Shown here: piece after piece, positions 1-10,372 of the stretch
Layout of the letters: every line of letters begins with the position of its first letter
Position numbering within the stretch: the first letter of the stretch is position 1
Origin: Stramenopiles sp. TOSAG23-3
Taxonomy: Eukaryota
Reading direction: 5' to 3'
Length of the DNA: 52,210 nucleotides
NCBI GenBank assembly: GCA_900128585.1
Contig: LT642160.1
Span: 1-52,210 of the forward strand
Notes under the pieces: model-generated
The model's input: only the letters and a program-made list of their open reading frames with translations
Told to the model about the DNA's origin: nothing
Databases searched by the model: none
Translations under genes and position numbers: made by a program

Positions 1-128
1 CAACAACTAGACTATTAACTACGAGGAAAAAAATACCTTTAGATATACGAAACAGATCTCCTTGTTCCACTTGTACCGGTATGACTACAAACAACTTTTA
101 TAAAGTACATAGTATACAGTTTAAATTA

Positions 129-194
129 AAAACAAGAAAATTGGCTGCTATTTATAAGTAATTAAATTTAGCTTCCTCATACCCTAATCCTAAC
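129..194 (+). repeat. Dispersed non-coding element, long copy (AAAACAAGAAAATTGGCTGYTATTT..AAGTAATTAAATTTAGCTTC..TACCCTAATCCTAAC)
   Basis: Near-identical to 52133-52199. Shorter copies at 1743-1781 (+), 11791-11817 (-), 36059-36085 (-) and a degenerate one at 9797-9840 (+). Confidence 0.85.
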
Positions 195-419
195 ATATAT
201 TAATTACCAAATCGTATATATAGGAATACGAGGACATTAGAATACAAAACGAATAGAATGGGAAGAAAATCCTTCAACGTAATAATATATACACAGCATA
301 TAAACCATTTCAAAGAGATGCGATGCTGTGATAATGTTATTTATACAGTACAGTATACTTCAATAAAAATTCAATTTAGTTATTTTTATTCATATCGGTT
401 TATTTTGTTTAATAATATT

Positions 420-609
420 ATACTAAATATATTATTAGACTATTAAGTAGATTTTTCGAGTTAACTGAATAATATAATGAACAGCACCTGTGCTGCTTGC
501 TTCCCTAACTCGATAAATTAATACTAAATATTTATTAAGTAGATTTTTCGAGTTATTAACTGAATATAATGAACAGCACCTGTGCTGCTTGCTTCACTAA
601 CTCGATAAA
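420..609. repeat. Tandem duplication of a ~90-95 bp unit with nested inverted repeats
   Basis: Two copies (about 420-517 and 521-609) of ATTAAGTAGATTTTTCGAGTTA..ACTGAAT..ATAATGAACAGCACCTGTGCTGCTTGCTTCMCTAACTCGATAAA. Confidence 0.9.
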
Positions 610-785
610 CCCATGTTCAATATGATAAAATCTAAAGCTATAGACTATTATGTATGATAAACACAAAGAAAACATTTGCAAAGAAAAAACATCACGAGAA
701 AAACAAGAAATGAGATTCAACGAAATTTGAAACAACACATAGTAAAGTATCAAAACAGAACTTTGCCTTATAATTTAGGGAAAAA

Positions 786-1688
786 ATGCTCTCACATCCT
801 GTCTTTCCCGAACCAAGGTGTACAGCAAGTTGCGCTGAGCAAGCGAGGGAGGACATGGATACGTCGTTCGACGCGAGCGAGTACCATGACTGTCTGCCCG
901 TTCTTGACCAAAAAATCCAATGTCTTGCTACCATGATAAAGAAATCAAAATCGTTTTGTGTGTATACGGGTGCTGGACTTTCTACTGCAGCAGGAATCGG
1001 AGATTATGCGAGCAAAGCAAAAGGAACCAAAGGAAAGCGTTGGAATCCAAAAGATGGGCCTCACATGGAATACTTGAAAGAAATGCGGCCGACGTTTGGG
1101 CACAAAGCGTTAACAGCTTTGGAACGCGCTGGATACCTAAAGCAATTCATTAACCAAAACCACGACGGCCTTGCTTTAAAAGCCGGGTTTCCTCTCGAAA
1201 AACTAAACGAAATCCACGGCAGCTGGTTTGACAATCGCAATCCAGTTGTCAGTATGGACGGTTGTATGAGAAAAGATCTGATGCAAAGGTTAGAACAGTG
1301 GGAGGAAAGCGCTGACTTAGTATTGTCCCTTGGGACATCCTTAAGTGGTTTAACAGCAGATGGTGTATGTGCAGCAGCTGCTAAGCGCGCGGAAGAGTCC
1401 GGGAATGGTCTCGGTTTAGTCATTGTTTCATTAACAAAAACCGGGTTAGATGACTTGGCAGCCATAAGAATTTTTGCAACTATTGATGATATACTAGCAA
1501 GACTTTCAAAACTATTGAAATTGGAAAGATATTTTCCAAATGATCAAGAAATACAAAAGGCTAGTAAACGTTCCTCTCTTTGGCATACGTATGCACTTTG
1601 GTATCGCGATTTTTACGATAAACAATTCAAACGTGAAACAAAAAAACAAATACGCCGTCGGGCACAGCCAAATGTTAAGTTTTGCTAG
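786..1688 (+). CDS. Sirtuin (SIR2 family NAD-dependent deacylase), SIRT6/7-like, lacking the zinc module
   Basis: YTGAGLSTAAGIGDY, PTFGH, INQNHDGL, EIHG (catalytic His) and LGTSL motifs. No CxxC pairs after HG. Confidence 0.9.
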   Translation: MLSHPVFPEPRCTASCAEQAREDMDTSFDASEYHDCLPVLDQKIQCLATMIKKSKSFCVYTGAGLSTAAGIGDYASKAKGTKGKRWNPKDGPHMEYLKEMRPTFGHKALTALERAGYLKQFINQNHDGLALKAGFPLEKLNEIHGSWFDNRNPVVSMDGCMRKDLMQRLEQWEESADLVLSLGTSLSGLTADGVCAAAAKRAEESGNGLGLVIVSLTKTGLDDLAAIRIFATIDDILARLSKLLKLERYFPNDQEIQKASKRSSLWHTYALWYRDFYDKQFKRETKKQIRRRAQPNVKFC

Positions 1689-1742
1689 TAGTAGTAATGT
1701 CTGTACTAAAATAATAGATGCTGTGAATTATGTTGTTGTATG

Positions 1743-1781
1743 AATAAAAAACAAGAAAATTGGCTGTTATTTAAGTAATTA
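1743..1781 (+). repeat. Dispersed non-coding element, short copy downstream of the sirtuin stop
   Basis: AATAAAAAACAAGAAAATTGGCTGTTATTTAAGTAATTA matches 129-162 and 52133-52169. Confidence 0.85.
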
Positions 1782-1818
1782 TAATATTTTTTTTAGCCGC
1801 CGGTCGGTACTATATTAA

Positions 1819-2025
1819 TACCAAGTAGAAGCATTCTGTACCCCTTGTAGTCTTGAAACATGTGCCCCTTCGGAAGGGCAGTCCAAGTGCACTGCGTGCG
1901 AAAGTGGGAAGTTTACAGACACAATTGGGGCGATTCCCTGCGAAGAAAAGAACTCGGAGACCCCGGTCTCGGAAATTATCATTTTGGTTTTGATTTCGAT
2001 CGAGTCGGTGGGAAAGAAGCGCTAG
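1819..2025 (+). pseudogene. Fragment of a cysteine-rich (GCC2/GCC3, ephrin-receptor-like repeat) surface protein
   Basis: My translation: EAFCTPCSLETCAPSEGQSKCTACESGKFTDTIGAIPCEEKNSETPVSEIIILVLISI. It has CxxCxxGxF...C spacing and the start of a hydrophobic helix, but no start codon. Confidence 0.5.
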
Positions 2026-2295
2026 TGCGAAGATCGTTGGCCAACAGATGGCCACCTAACATCTTTTTCCCCTTTCCCAAATCACCGCACAAACGGGTCC
2101 ACAAGTTTCCCCCCATTTCAGCGTCGCAAGTAGCGCCAGTGCGTTGCTCTCGAGGATTTTGCAACTCACGTAGTTTTTGTGTGATGGCATCGTCCAGGGC
2201 TTGGAGAGCGAAGGCCTGTGTCTGGAATTTTTCCATCTGGTGGTGAACTGGATCTTATATAGCCTACGTCCACTATAAAGTGCACTACGAGGAAA

Positions 2296-2608
2296 CTGGC
2301 TCAGAGAAGAAGACAAACCGAGGATGGGCGGCGAGAATGTTGATCAGTTTCACCCTCTGCAATCCTAAATTTNNNNNNNNNNNNNNNNNNNNNNNNNNNN
2401 NNNNNNNNNNNNNNNNNNNNNNNNNNNNNNNNNNNNNNNNNNNNNNNNNNNNGGAGACCATACCGTGTTGTCCAATCTTTGCGGCGAGAGACAGGGCACT
2501 TTCTCCGTTGGAATTGATAAAATCCAAGCTTTGATCAACAAATCCACCACTGCAATTTTATTCTGCTCCGCGGCGAACGTTATCGGCATTTCTCCGGTTA
2601 TTGAATTT
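2296..2608 (-). pseudogene. Internally deleted duplicate of the 3' part of the ankyrin gene (or assembly chimera)
   Basis: About 2296-2531 is identical to about 4077-4311, including the same N gap. About 2531-2608 is identical to about 4864-4941. The ~550 bp between those source segments is absent. Confidence 0.75.
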
Positions 2609-2784
2609 TGGCGGGGGCACGGGAGGCACTGAGTTGCGTTGGTTGCGCCTTGATTGGGGTTGTAGGTTCCAGCGGTGCAAGGCGTGCATGCTGTCTGCGT
2701 TGGGTTTGTAAACGTTCCGGGTTGGTAAGTAGTCGTGCAAAACGTGCGTTCGTTTTGATTTGGTTTCGGATAACAACCTATGAA

Positions 2785-3486
2785 TTACCGTGCGACAACA
2801 TATTGTTGCGGTTGTTGCATTTGAATTTGCGGTTGTTGCATTGGTTGTTGAAACCTCCCTTGCTGGCATTCGAAGCACGCCCATCGACGACCTCCTTTAT
2901 CCTTTATCTGTAAGTCCACACATCGTTGTTCTAGAATAGGTTTTGCTGTCTGTATTGCTTCTTTTTTCTTTTCCTCCTGTGCACCGTACAGGCAACAGGT
3001 TACAGGATTGAGCATACAAAGCGCATATTGAATTGGTCCTCCAGGAATGCAAAAATAGCAACATTCGGCACAGGCAGCACTATCTTCGCCACAAGAAGAT
3101 ACAAAAGGGTTTGCTTCGTGAACTTCCTGCAATTTATTTAAAATAATATTCCATTCTTGTGGTCCCACTCCACGCATTTGAAGAGGAGCGAGTAAGGAGC
3201 TGCCCCAGGCCCTTTTTGCTTTTTCTGTAGGCCATACGTCGGTGTCCAGACAAATCTCGACGGTTCCCCGCTGTAAATCAATGATTTGTACCATCTGGTA
3301 CATAGGCGGGGGGGGAGCCATTTGAAGTACAGGTTGAACAACAGGCTGCGCCTGGACTACAAATGCACTTGACGGCTGCATTTGCACTGCAGGCGGCACC
3401 ACTGTCGGCCCGACTGCGAGCTGCGGCTGGAATACAATTGAGTTCGACGTTTTCTGTGCTTGCATAACGTTTGCCTTAGTATGCAC
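2785..3486 (-). CDS. Pro/Gln-rich, Cys-rich protein, possibly Erf4/GOLGA7/CHIC-like
   Basis: 233-aa ORF with Q/P/V-rich ends, PLQMRGVGPQEWNIILNKLQEV and a CAECCYFC...TCCLY cluster. The Erf4 resemblance is by eye only. Confidence 0.55.
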   Translation of the reverse strand: MHTKANVMQAQKTSNSIVFQPQLAVGPTVVPPAVQMQPSSAFVVQAQPVVQPVLQMAPPPPMYQMVQIIDLQRGTVEICLDTDVWPTEKAKRAWGSSLLAPLQMRGVGPQEWNIILNKLQEVHEANPFVSSCGEDSAACAECCYFCIPGGPIQYALCMLNPVTCCLYGAQEEKKKEAIQTAKPILEQRCVDLQIKDKGGRRWACFECQQGRFQQPMQQPQIQMQQPQQYVVAR

Positions 3487-4068
3487 GCGTCAAGATTTTA
3501 AAAAAGCACGTAATGCTAATTGAATAATAATAAATTTGCTGTTAATTCAATTCTATGAATTTTACCTGTTGTAGTAAAAAGATAATCTGATATTAATAAA
3601 AGATTTCATACAATTTTATGTTAGTTTGAATGATGAATACCAGAAGTCTTATTCTGGAACAAGGAGGAGTTTGGGTTCTTGAACGGTTATATTCGAATAA
3701 TAATAACAACAATTTGTTTTTTTTTTTTTTTAAAAGAGTAATAATAAGTTCTAACTTAATTAATATTTCAAACAATTATTAAACACTCGCGGTTTGGGAT
3801 TGTGTATGTACGTACGAGTATGTATTTATTAGCTATATTTTGTCGTCGTCTGTCTGTCGTCGTCTTTTTTTTTTTTTACAACAATATGAGAAGAAGAAAG
3901 AAGATGAAGATAGTTTGTTTTATTATGCTATTACGGGTACCGGTACGGTAGGTATATGGTGTTAATAAGAAGAGTCAGTCTACCATGTCTCTTCTACCGG
4001 TCACCATATACAATGATGCGCCGTTCACCATGGAATGCCGATTCTAACTCTAAATATAAACCTTGATT

Positions 4069-6149
4069 CTAAAGAACTGGCTCAGAGAAGAAGACAAACC
4101 GAGGATGGGCGGCGAGAATGTTGATCAGTTTCACCCTCTGCAATCCTAAATTTNNNNNNNNNNNNNNNNNNNNNNNNNNNNNNNNNNNNNNNNNNNNNNN
4201 NNNNNNNNNNNNNNNNNNNNNNNNNNNNNNNNGGAGACCATACCGTGTTGTCCAATCTTTGCGGCGAGAGACAGGGCACTTTCTCCGTTGGAATTGATAA
4301 AATCCAAGCTTGAAGCCGCGAGTTTTTCTTCGCTCCCGTCTGACGTCAACATTTCCACGACTCTGTGGTGCCCATATCGTATCGCGAGGAAGAGGGGGGT
4401 ATCCCCGTTCTTATCAACCTTATTTACATCCTCGTCCGTGGCCACAGAAAGAAGAAGTTGAACTATATTTTGCAGTCCCCGCTCGCACGATGAATGCAAA
4501 CAGTTTGTGCCACTCTTCTTTGGCATGATTTTTCCCTTCTTGCTCCTGAGAATAGCTTCGACGCTAGCAATGTCTTGTGCAACTACGCTGCAATGCAGCG
4601 CCGACAGTCCAATTGATGACACGATGTTCATGTTGCAAGCCGGGTTGGAAGCCAGAACTTTTACGATTTTACCATGGCGCCCTTTTGCCGCTTCCATCAA
4701 CGGGGTCATACCTATTGCCGATTGCCGATTTATATCGATCTCCTCTACCCCGAGCAAGTACTCTACAAGCTTCAAATGACCATGGGTACAGGCAATGTGC
4801 AACGCCGTACTCCCACTTTTCCTCGCCGAATTGACGATAGATTCTCCTTTTAACTTGGCTTCCTTGATCAACAAATCCACCACTGCAATTTTATTCTGCT
4901 CCGCGGCGAACGTTATCGGCATTTCTCCGGTTATTGAATTTTTCTGGGTGACATCAACCTTTCCTCGATACACCAAGTATCGCGCAATCTCAATATCAAA
5001 ATGCTGAATGCAGGAAAGAAGGACGGTGACGCCGTCTGTCGCAACAAGGCTGTTCAAGTAGCCCGGAAGCGTATTCTTCTTCTTCTTCGGAGTAGCCCCG
5101 TACTTTCGGGCCAAATCGTTCGATACGGTTTCCATAATATGCTTTAGGCAGGACAACTGATTGTGAATTACCGCAATCTCCAGGCATGTCCTTCCATCCA
5201 AACGCTTTTTTTCGTACTCGCCGCCGTGTTCCAAAAGGGTCTGTAACACTTCCACAAAGCCAGCTTCACATGCAAGGTGCATGGGGGTCACCCCACCATC
5301 TTCTTGGTGGTTGGGATTTGCGCCGCCTTTGGCGAGGAGCATTCTCACAATATCCGCATGGCCAGAGGCGGCAGCGACGCAGAGCGCCGTCGAGTGAAAG
5401 CTGTTTTCCTTTCGAGAGGACGCTTTATGTTCTAATAACAATTCGCAAATATTCGTGTGTCCCTCTTGCGCCGCCATGATCAACGCAGTGGAGTTGTCGT
5501 CATGCTTTGGTACATCAACCTGTGCCCCTGCTTCGAGAAGGGCGCGGACTATATTTACATTTCCATTCTGAGAGGCGATTAGCAACGGCGTCGCCCCTAG
5601 CGTCTGGGCCCGGTCAATGTCCACGTCTTTGTGCTGAACAAGTCTATTGATGATGAGAAAGTTTCCGTTCGCTGCCGCAACGAAAGCTGGGGTTTCGCCG
5701 TCTTTGTTCGGTTCATTCACTCGCGCATTCAACTGCAGCAGGGTGTTAAGCGCTGCGCTATGCCCAAATTTGGCGGCAATGTACAAGGGTGTTTCGCCGT
5801 TATCGTTTTTGTAGTCTATGTTGCTCCCGTGTTTTCCCAGCAAGTAAATGATTCTATCGTTGTTCTTTGCCGCGGCAAAGTGTGCTGCGGAATACCCGTC
5901 TGGCCCCACAAAGTTCAACGGGTGCTTCGGTCCAGTGTTAGGATTGTCTTTTACGTGGGCTGCAATAAGATTTACAATCTCAACGCAATTCATTCCAGCC
6001 GCAAGGTGGAGTGGGGTAAAACCGTTCTCATCGTGCGCGCTCAACAGTGAGGCTTCGCGAGATGCCGCACCGTCCAAACGAAGCAGAAACTCACGCACCG
6101 TGTCAACCTCGTTCGATATGCACGCTCCATGAAGTCGATTCGAGCTCAT
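4069..6149 (-). CDS. Ankyrin repeat protein (many repeats); 3' end crosses an N gap
   Basis: Repeated GxTPLHxAA..G...IV..LL motifs (GFTPLHLAA, GETPLYIAA, GATPLLIAS, GVTPMHLAC, GSTALHIAC, GDTPLFLAI). After the gap the likely frame is NLGLQRVKLINILAAHPRFVFFSEPVL* (stop at 4069-4071). Confidence 0.93.
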
Positions 6150-6541
6150 TGCTCACTATAGACTGCCCAACCATTTAACAGAAGCCCTATGATGAATTTA
6201 TGTTCTCAAACAAAAAACAGGTACACAAGAAAGCAAGAACAACATCAAAAAAGAGGGAAATACGTATTTGGTATGAAGGAATGGAGATGAATGGTTGTTT
6301 GGTTGATGCGGTGGGAATGACACGACGAAAAAAAGGATCTCACTCAGTCAGAAAAAGAAATTGTACTTATAAAAGAATATGGATAATGTACGGTACCAGG
6401 TACCCTATCATAATTAAATGCCTCCATCCTTTTTTTATTTGTGTCTACTCCTCGTATTTATTATTTTTTCCTTGTTTTTTTTTGGTGCCGGGCAAATTGC
6501 TGCCTACCTCATAGTCCATGCACGCTACACGCTACACGCAC

Positions 6542-7798
6542 TCAAAGCCGCCTTGTTGTTTCTTTTCGTATAATTCTTTCCCGGTTAATATCGCATACAG
6601 CACGCACCAAACCTTCGCCCTCTGCTGTGTTCGGTAACAGGGTTCGGCTACTCTCTTTTGGGGCCCCAGCAGTCGTCGTGTTGAAGAAATCGACCAAGAT
6701 CCAATTTGGAACCTGCCCGTATGGTTCAAGAAGTTCAGCCCAACGCTTTTCTAATTGCCGTATGTGGCTGCCATTTGCTGCTGCAGACGCTTGCGCGGGA
6801 TTTCCTCCTGCTACAAACGGAAAATCGTGCCGAATGTTTGGCAAGCGTGTGTAGGATGTGTTATTGTCGGCCCGACCGCGCCGGGAGCTCAGGTTCGGAA
6901 TGGCAAAGAGGCCATGAATATTTGACTGGTCCAGGACTGCCTGGTTCGGAGATAAGTTGCCCACAGTAATGCTATCCCATAGCTCTAAACAGCGCGTTTG
7001 AACCTTTGTTTTGGGGTGGGTGCATGTTCCTGCTGTGTCAGATCCAGAGATCAAACTTGCATTGCTATGAGCAATGTGCCAGTCTGGTCCTTTGTTTGTT
7101 ACAACAAGCACAGTCTTTTTCGTTGCGCGCATCGCCCGCAATGTTGGGTAGTTATCGGCCAAATCAACTTGTTTCCCAGTCACTGGGTCAAAGTTGTAAA
7201 CAAACTGGAGCAAACCAGTAGAATTCAAACGTTCTACGACAGCCTCTTCCGATGGAAACGCATTCCCATGCGTACCTAATAAAACTAGCGTCACGACCTC
7301 GAGAGGGTTTGCGGCTACGAATTCAGCGACAGAAGCAAATAATTTCTCTGGAAAAGTGTAACCCATTCCCAGTCCAATTGATTCTTCGAGGTTGCCATGC
7401 GATACAATAAAAGGGCAGTTGGAAAAACATCGGCCGTGCAGCGTGTAGTGCTCCTTGCATGAGTTTGACTGGTTGCTGAAAAAATTCTTGTTGCAGATCC
7501 AACCTGAGCTTTCCAAACTAGCTACTTCAAAATCGAGGACACGCAACCCTTGTTCGAGCTGGTCCAAAATAGACAACCGTTGGTCCATGACTTGATAACC
7601 ATAGGCTTGGTGAGCTTCGCTTGGATAACGGCCTCCAACTGCTCCTGAAGGGCGCAACGGGGTCCCCTTACCAAGATTTATAGCTGAGTTGTGGGTCCCA
7701 GCGAAAAGCATTTCGTTGTAGAGCATGCCATCGTCATCTAGCGGCGGACTGCAAGGTATAACCGAACGAGTTAACACGAAAAGAACAAAAAACGCCAT
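6542..7798 (-). CDS. Secreted PI-PLC X-domain-like phosphodiesterase
   Basis: LYNEMLFAGTHNSA, DQRLSILDQLEQGLRVLDFEV, VSHG, FVAANPLEVVTL and PNWILVDFF motifs. Hydrophobic N-terminus from ATG 7798 (alternative ATG at 7828). Confidence 0.8.
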   Translation of the reverse strand: MAFFVLFVLTRSVIPCSPPLDDDGMLYNEMLFAGTHNSAINLGKGTPLRPSGAVGGRYPSEAHQAYGYQVMDQRLSILDQLEQGLRVLDFEVASLESSGWICNKNFFSNQSNSCKEHYTLHGRCFSNCPFIVSHGNLEESIGLGMGYTFPEKLFASVAEFVAANPLEVVTLVLLGTHGNAFPSEEAVVERLNSTGLLQFVYNFDPVTGKQVDLADNYPTLRAMRATKKTVLVVTNKGPDWHIAHSNASLISGSDTAGTCTHPKTKVQTRCLELWDSITVGNLSPNQAVLDQSNIHGLFAIPNLSSRRGRADNNTSYTRLPNIRHDFPFVAGGNPAQASAAANGSHIRQLEKRWAELLEPYGQVPNWILVDFFNTTTAGAPKESSRTLLPNTAEGEGLVRAVCDINRERIIRKETTRRL

Positions 7799-8510
7799 GG
7801 AAGCAGGGTATTTTTTTAAAATAAGCATGATGTTATTAACATTCCCGTATGTTTCAAACCTGACGCGCTTGTCCAGATTATCCAACACACCTTCGGCGTT
7901 TTTAAATTCCTTGTAAAGAAGACTTATTACGAAAAGATTTCTTGTCACACTTTAATTAACATCCAAAAAAGTTCATTTCGCGAGGGATGATTCTCGCTTC
8001 TTCTTCTGCGAGTGGTGGTGGTATTGGTGGCGGGTGGCGGATGATTAATTATTATTTTATTACTATAAAAAAATTCTTCTTCCTTCGCGATTATTATTTT
8101 TATTTATTATTCTCTCAGTGCTATGTTCCTCTTCTTTACCACTGAATATTGACTAATTATTATTATTTTCTTTGCTGAACCTATTTCTTCCAAAATAACC
8201 AAAAAAAAAAGTTCTCTTTTATTTTTCACTCTATGCATTTATATAGGACATTGTTACAAGTACAATATTTTAAGTTTTTTTTGCGAAATTCAACAAAAAA
8301 ATGTATGATTTTTTTCGTATTCCGGATTCGCTCGCAAGAATTATTTATACTAGTCTAATGAATTATTAATATACGGTACGGTACGGGTGCCGTGGTGATA
8401 CGACGTACCCAACCGTATCTGTTTTATATACACGTAAAAAGATAAATGCCCGGTTTCTTCAAAAAGGGAGTGTGCTAATTTTCAGGACATTCCTTCGTTT
8501 GACCTCGAAA

Positions 8511-9749
8511 ATGGTGAAGAAACCCCTGGTTGGTTTAGTGTGCCGAGAGGGTGAAATGCTGAACGTTCCACTGTCGTTGGAGTTTATTTACTTGTTGCCA
8601 GGGGACGTGTCTAGGGGATACAACGACTGGGATTTCAAAAAATTGCAAAGTAAATTGCAGGCGATTAAACAGCGCGGTCGCCAGGCTATAGTGAGGATCA
8701 ATTTTGGTGCATCTTGTGAGGCACTTGCGGGCGGGGATGACCACAACCCCGAACCCTTGTCGCTCCCAGCTTGGTTACAAAAACACGAGGAATGGGTCGA
8801 GTACGAGCGAGTGTATGAAAACAATCGAAAAGTGCTTTACCCGGGATGGGATTGCAACTCTTGCTACCCGTGGTTTTGCAACGAACTCCTGAGAGCTGTA
8901 GGGGGGGAGCTAGACGGTGACAAGCGCGTGGCCTATTTGCAAGGTTTTGTTGGCCACTGGGCGGAGGGCCACGTTTACAATGGGAAAACCCAAGGCTTCG
9001 AAGACGACGTGCGAAGTGGGAAAATATTCCCTTCAAAATCTCAATATCAAGCATTATTAGAAAATGCATCGAAGGCATTTGACACGTTAAGGTGGAGCGT
9101 TGGCATTAGTTTAGGTCACGAATTGTACAGTCCCAGCAATTTTAGAAGCTTAGGAAATTTTGGAGTGTTTAATGACACTTGGTTGGACGAGAATTCAGGG
9201 ACGGAGTCCTGGAATGAGTCACTCACACGTGCGTTGGGGGAAGGGCGATGGGAACTTGCTCCTCGAGGTGGCGAGATAAGCTGGGCGGGGAAAAGCAGAG
9301 AAAATGGCCTCAAACTCATTCTTGAAGGTACCGTCTTGCGCAAAGATCACATGACATACATGTTTGGGTTTGATCAGGACCGGTACTGCTACGGCCACAG
9401 TCCGGAAGATTTAGCAAGAGCATCCGAGAAGTTTGGATATAATTTTGAGGTGTCTTGGAAATGCGCCACTAGTGGGACCGACCTGTTTTTAAGAAACAAC
9501 GGTGTTGCGCCGATATACTACCCAACGTTTGTAAGTGTTGGTGGAAATCTTGTTGTGAAGGACGGAAGACGGGTAGATCTGTCGGCTCTCTTGCCCAATC
9601 AGTCGCTCTTCATTTTCTGCGAGTATTCGCTTCTAAACACAGAGCGCCCTGTACTTGTTTGCGACAGATGTGTTGATGGGCAAACTATTCCGTATGAAAT
9701 AATAAAATACCCAACCAGCAGTAGAAAACGTCAGGGCTTATCGTCATAA
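8511..9749 (+). CDS. DUF4832-like putative glycoside hydrolase (bacterial-type)
   Basis: GFVGHWAEGH, FGVFNDTW, RWELAPRGGEI, KFGYNF and LRNNGVAPIYY resemble DUF4832-containing TIM-barrel proteins. First ATG at 8511. Confidence 0.6.
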   Translation: MVKKPLVGLVCREGEMLNVPLSLEFIYLLPGDVSRGYNDWDFKKLQSKLQAIKQRGRQAIVRINFGASCEALAGGDDHNPEPLSLPAWLQKHEEWVEYERVYENNRKVLYPGWDCNSCYPWFCNELLRAVGGELDGDKRVAYLQGFVGHWAEGHVYNGKTQGFEDDVRSGKIFPSKSQYQALLENASKAFDTLRWSVGISLGHELYSPSNFRSLGNFGVFNDTWLDENSGTESWNESLTRALGEGRWELAPRGGEISWAGKSRENGLKLILEGTVLRKDHMTYMFGFDQDRYCYGHSPEDLARASEKFGYNFEVSWKCATSGTDLFLRNNGVAPIYYPTFVSVGGNLVVKDGRRVDLSALLPNQSLFIFCEYSLLNTERPVLVCDRCVDGQTIPYEIIKYPTSSRKRQGLSS

Positions 9750-10372
9750 GGTAATATAAAAACAAATTATTTAAAAAAACAAATATTATATACGTATTAA
9801 TTAAAAACAAAATACTGGCGGGTATATAAGTATAAATTAAAGATATCTCGGTCATTTAAAAGGATTACCAATCCACCTATCGATTCGGTTCATGCATGGA
9901 GTACATCTGAGAATGATAGTCAAGACTAAGTGACAAGAAGGATATTGAGTATAATGTAAAACCACAAGAGCAGAGATTAGGCCGGAACATTCAATAGTGT
10001 ACCCAATCCTAAAATTAATAAGCCAATAATAAGAGCCACACAGGAAGACTGTAGAGTGCCAAGAAAACCAAGAAGAGTCATCATTCCATTTTTTCTTTTT
10101 TTTTTCATCACACCACCACCCACAAAAATACAAAAAATTAATAAAAAAAACAACCCGGTAATAAAAAATTATAGTGTGCTAAAATAATTCCTAATAAATT
10201 TTTGGTGTCCGGTACGATTTAATACCGGTAACAGACAGAGCAACCATTTCATTCCAAAAAAGTACCAGCACGCACAAGAAAAGCGATCAAGTGTTTCGCG
10301 TAAAACTTACGAGAGATTTTTATTATCAAATTTAACAACTGGAGCTGTGATATTTACAAATTTTCTTGGAAA

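Noticed and set aside
129-194. Similar sequence at both window ends as terminal repeats of a 52 kb element, a circle or telomeres
   Set aside because: The copies are imperfect, shorter copies occur internally in both orientations, only two telomere-like hexamers are present, and the enclosed genes are ordinary cellular genes.
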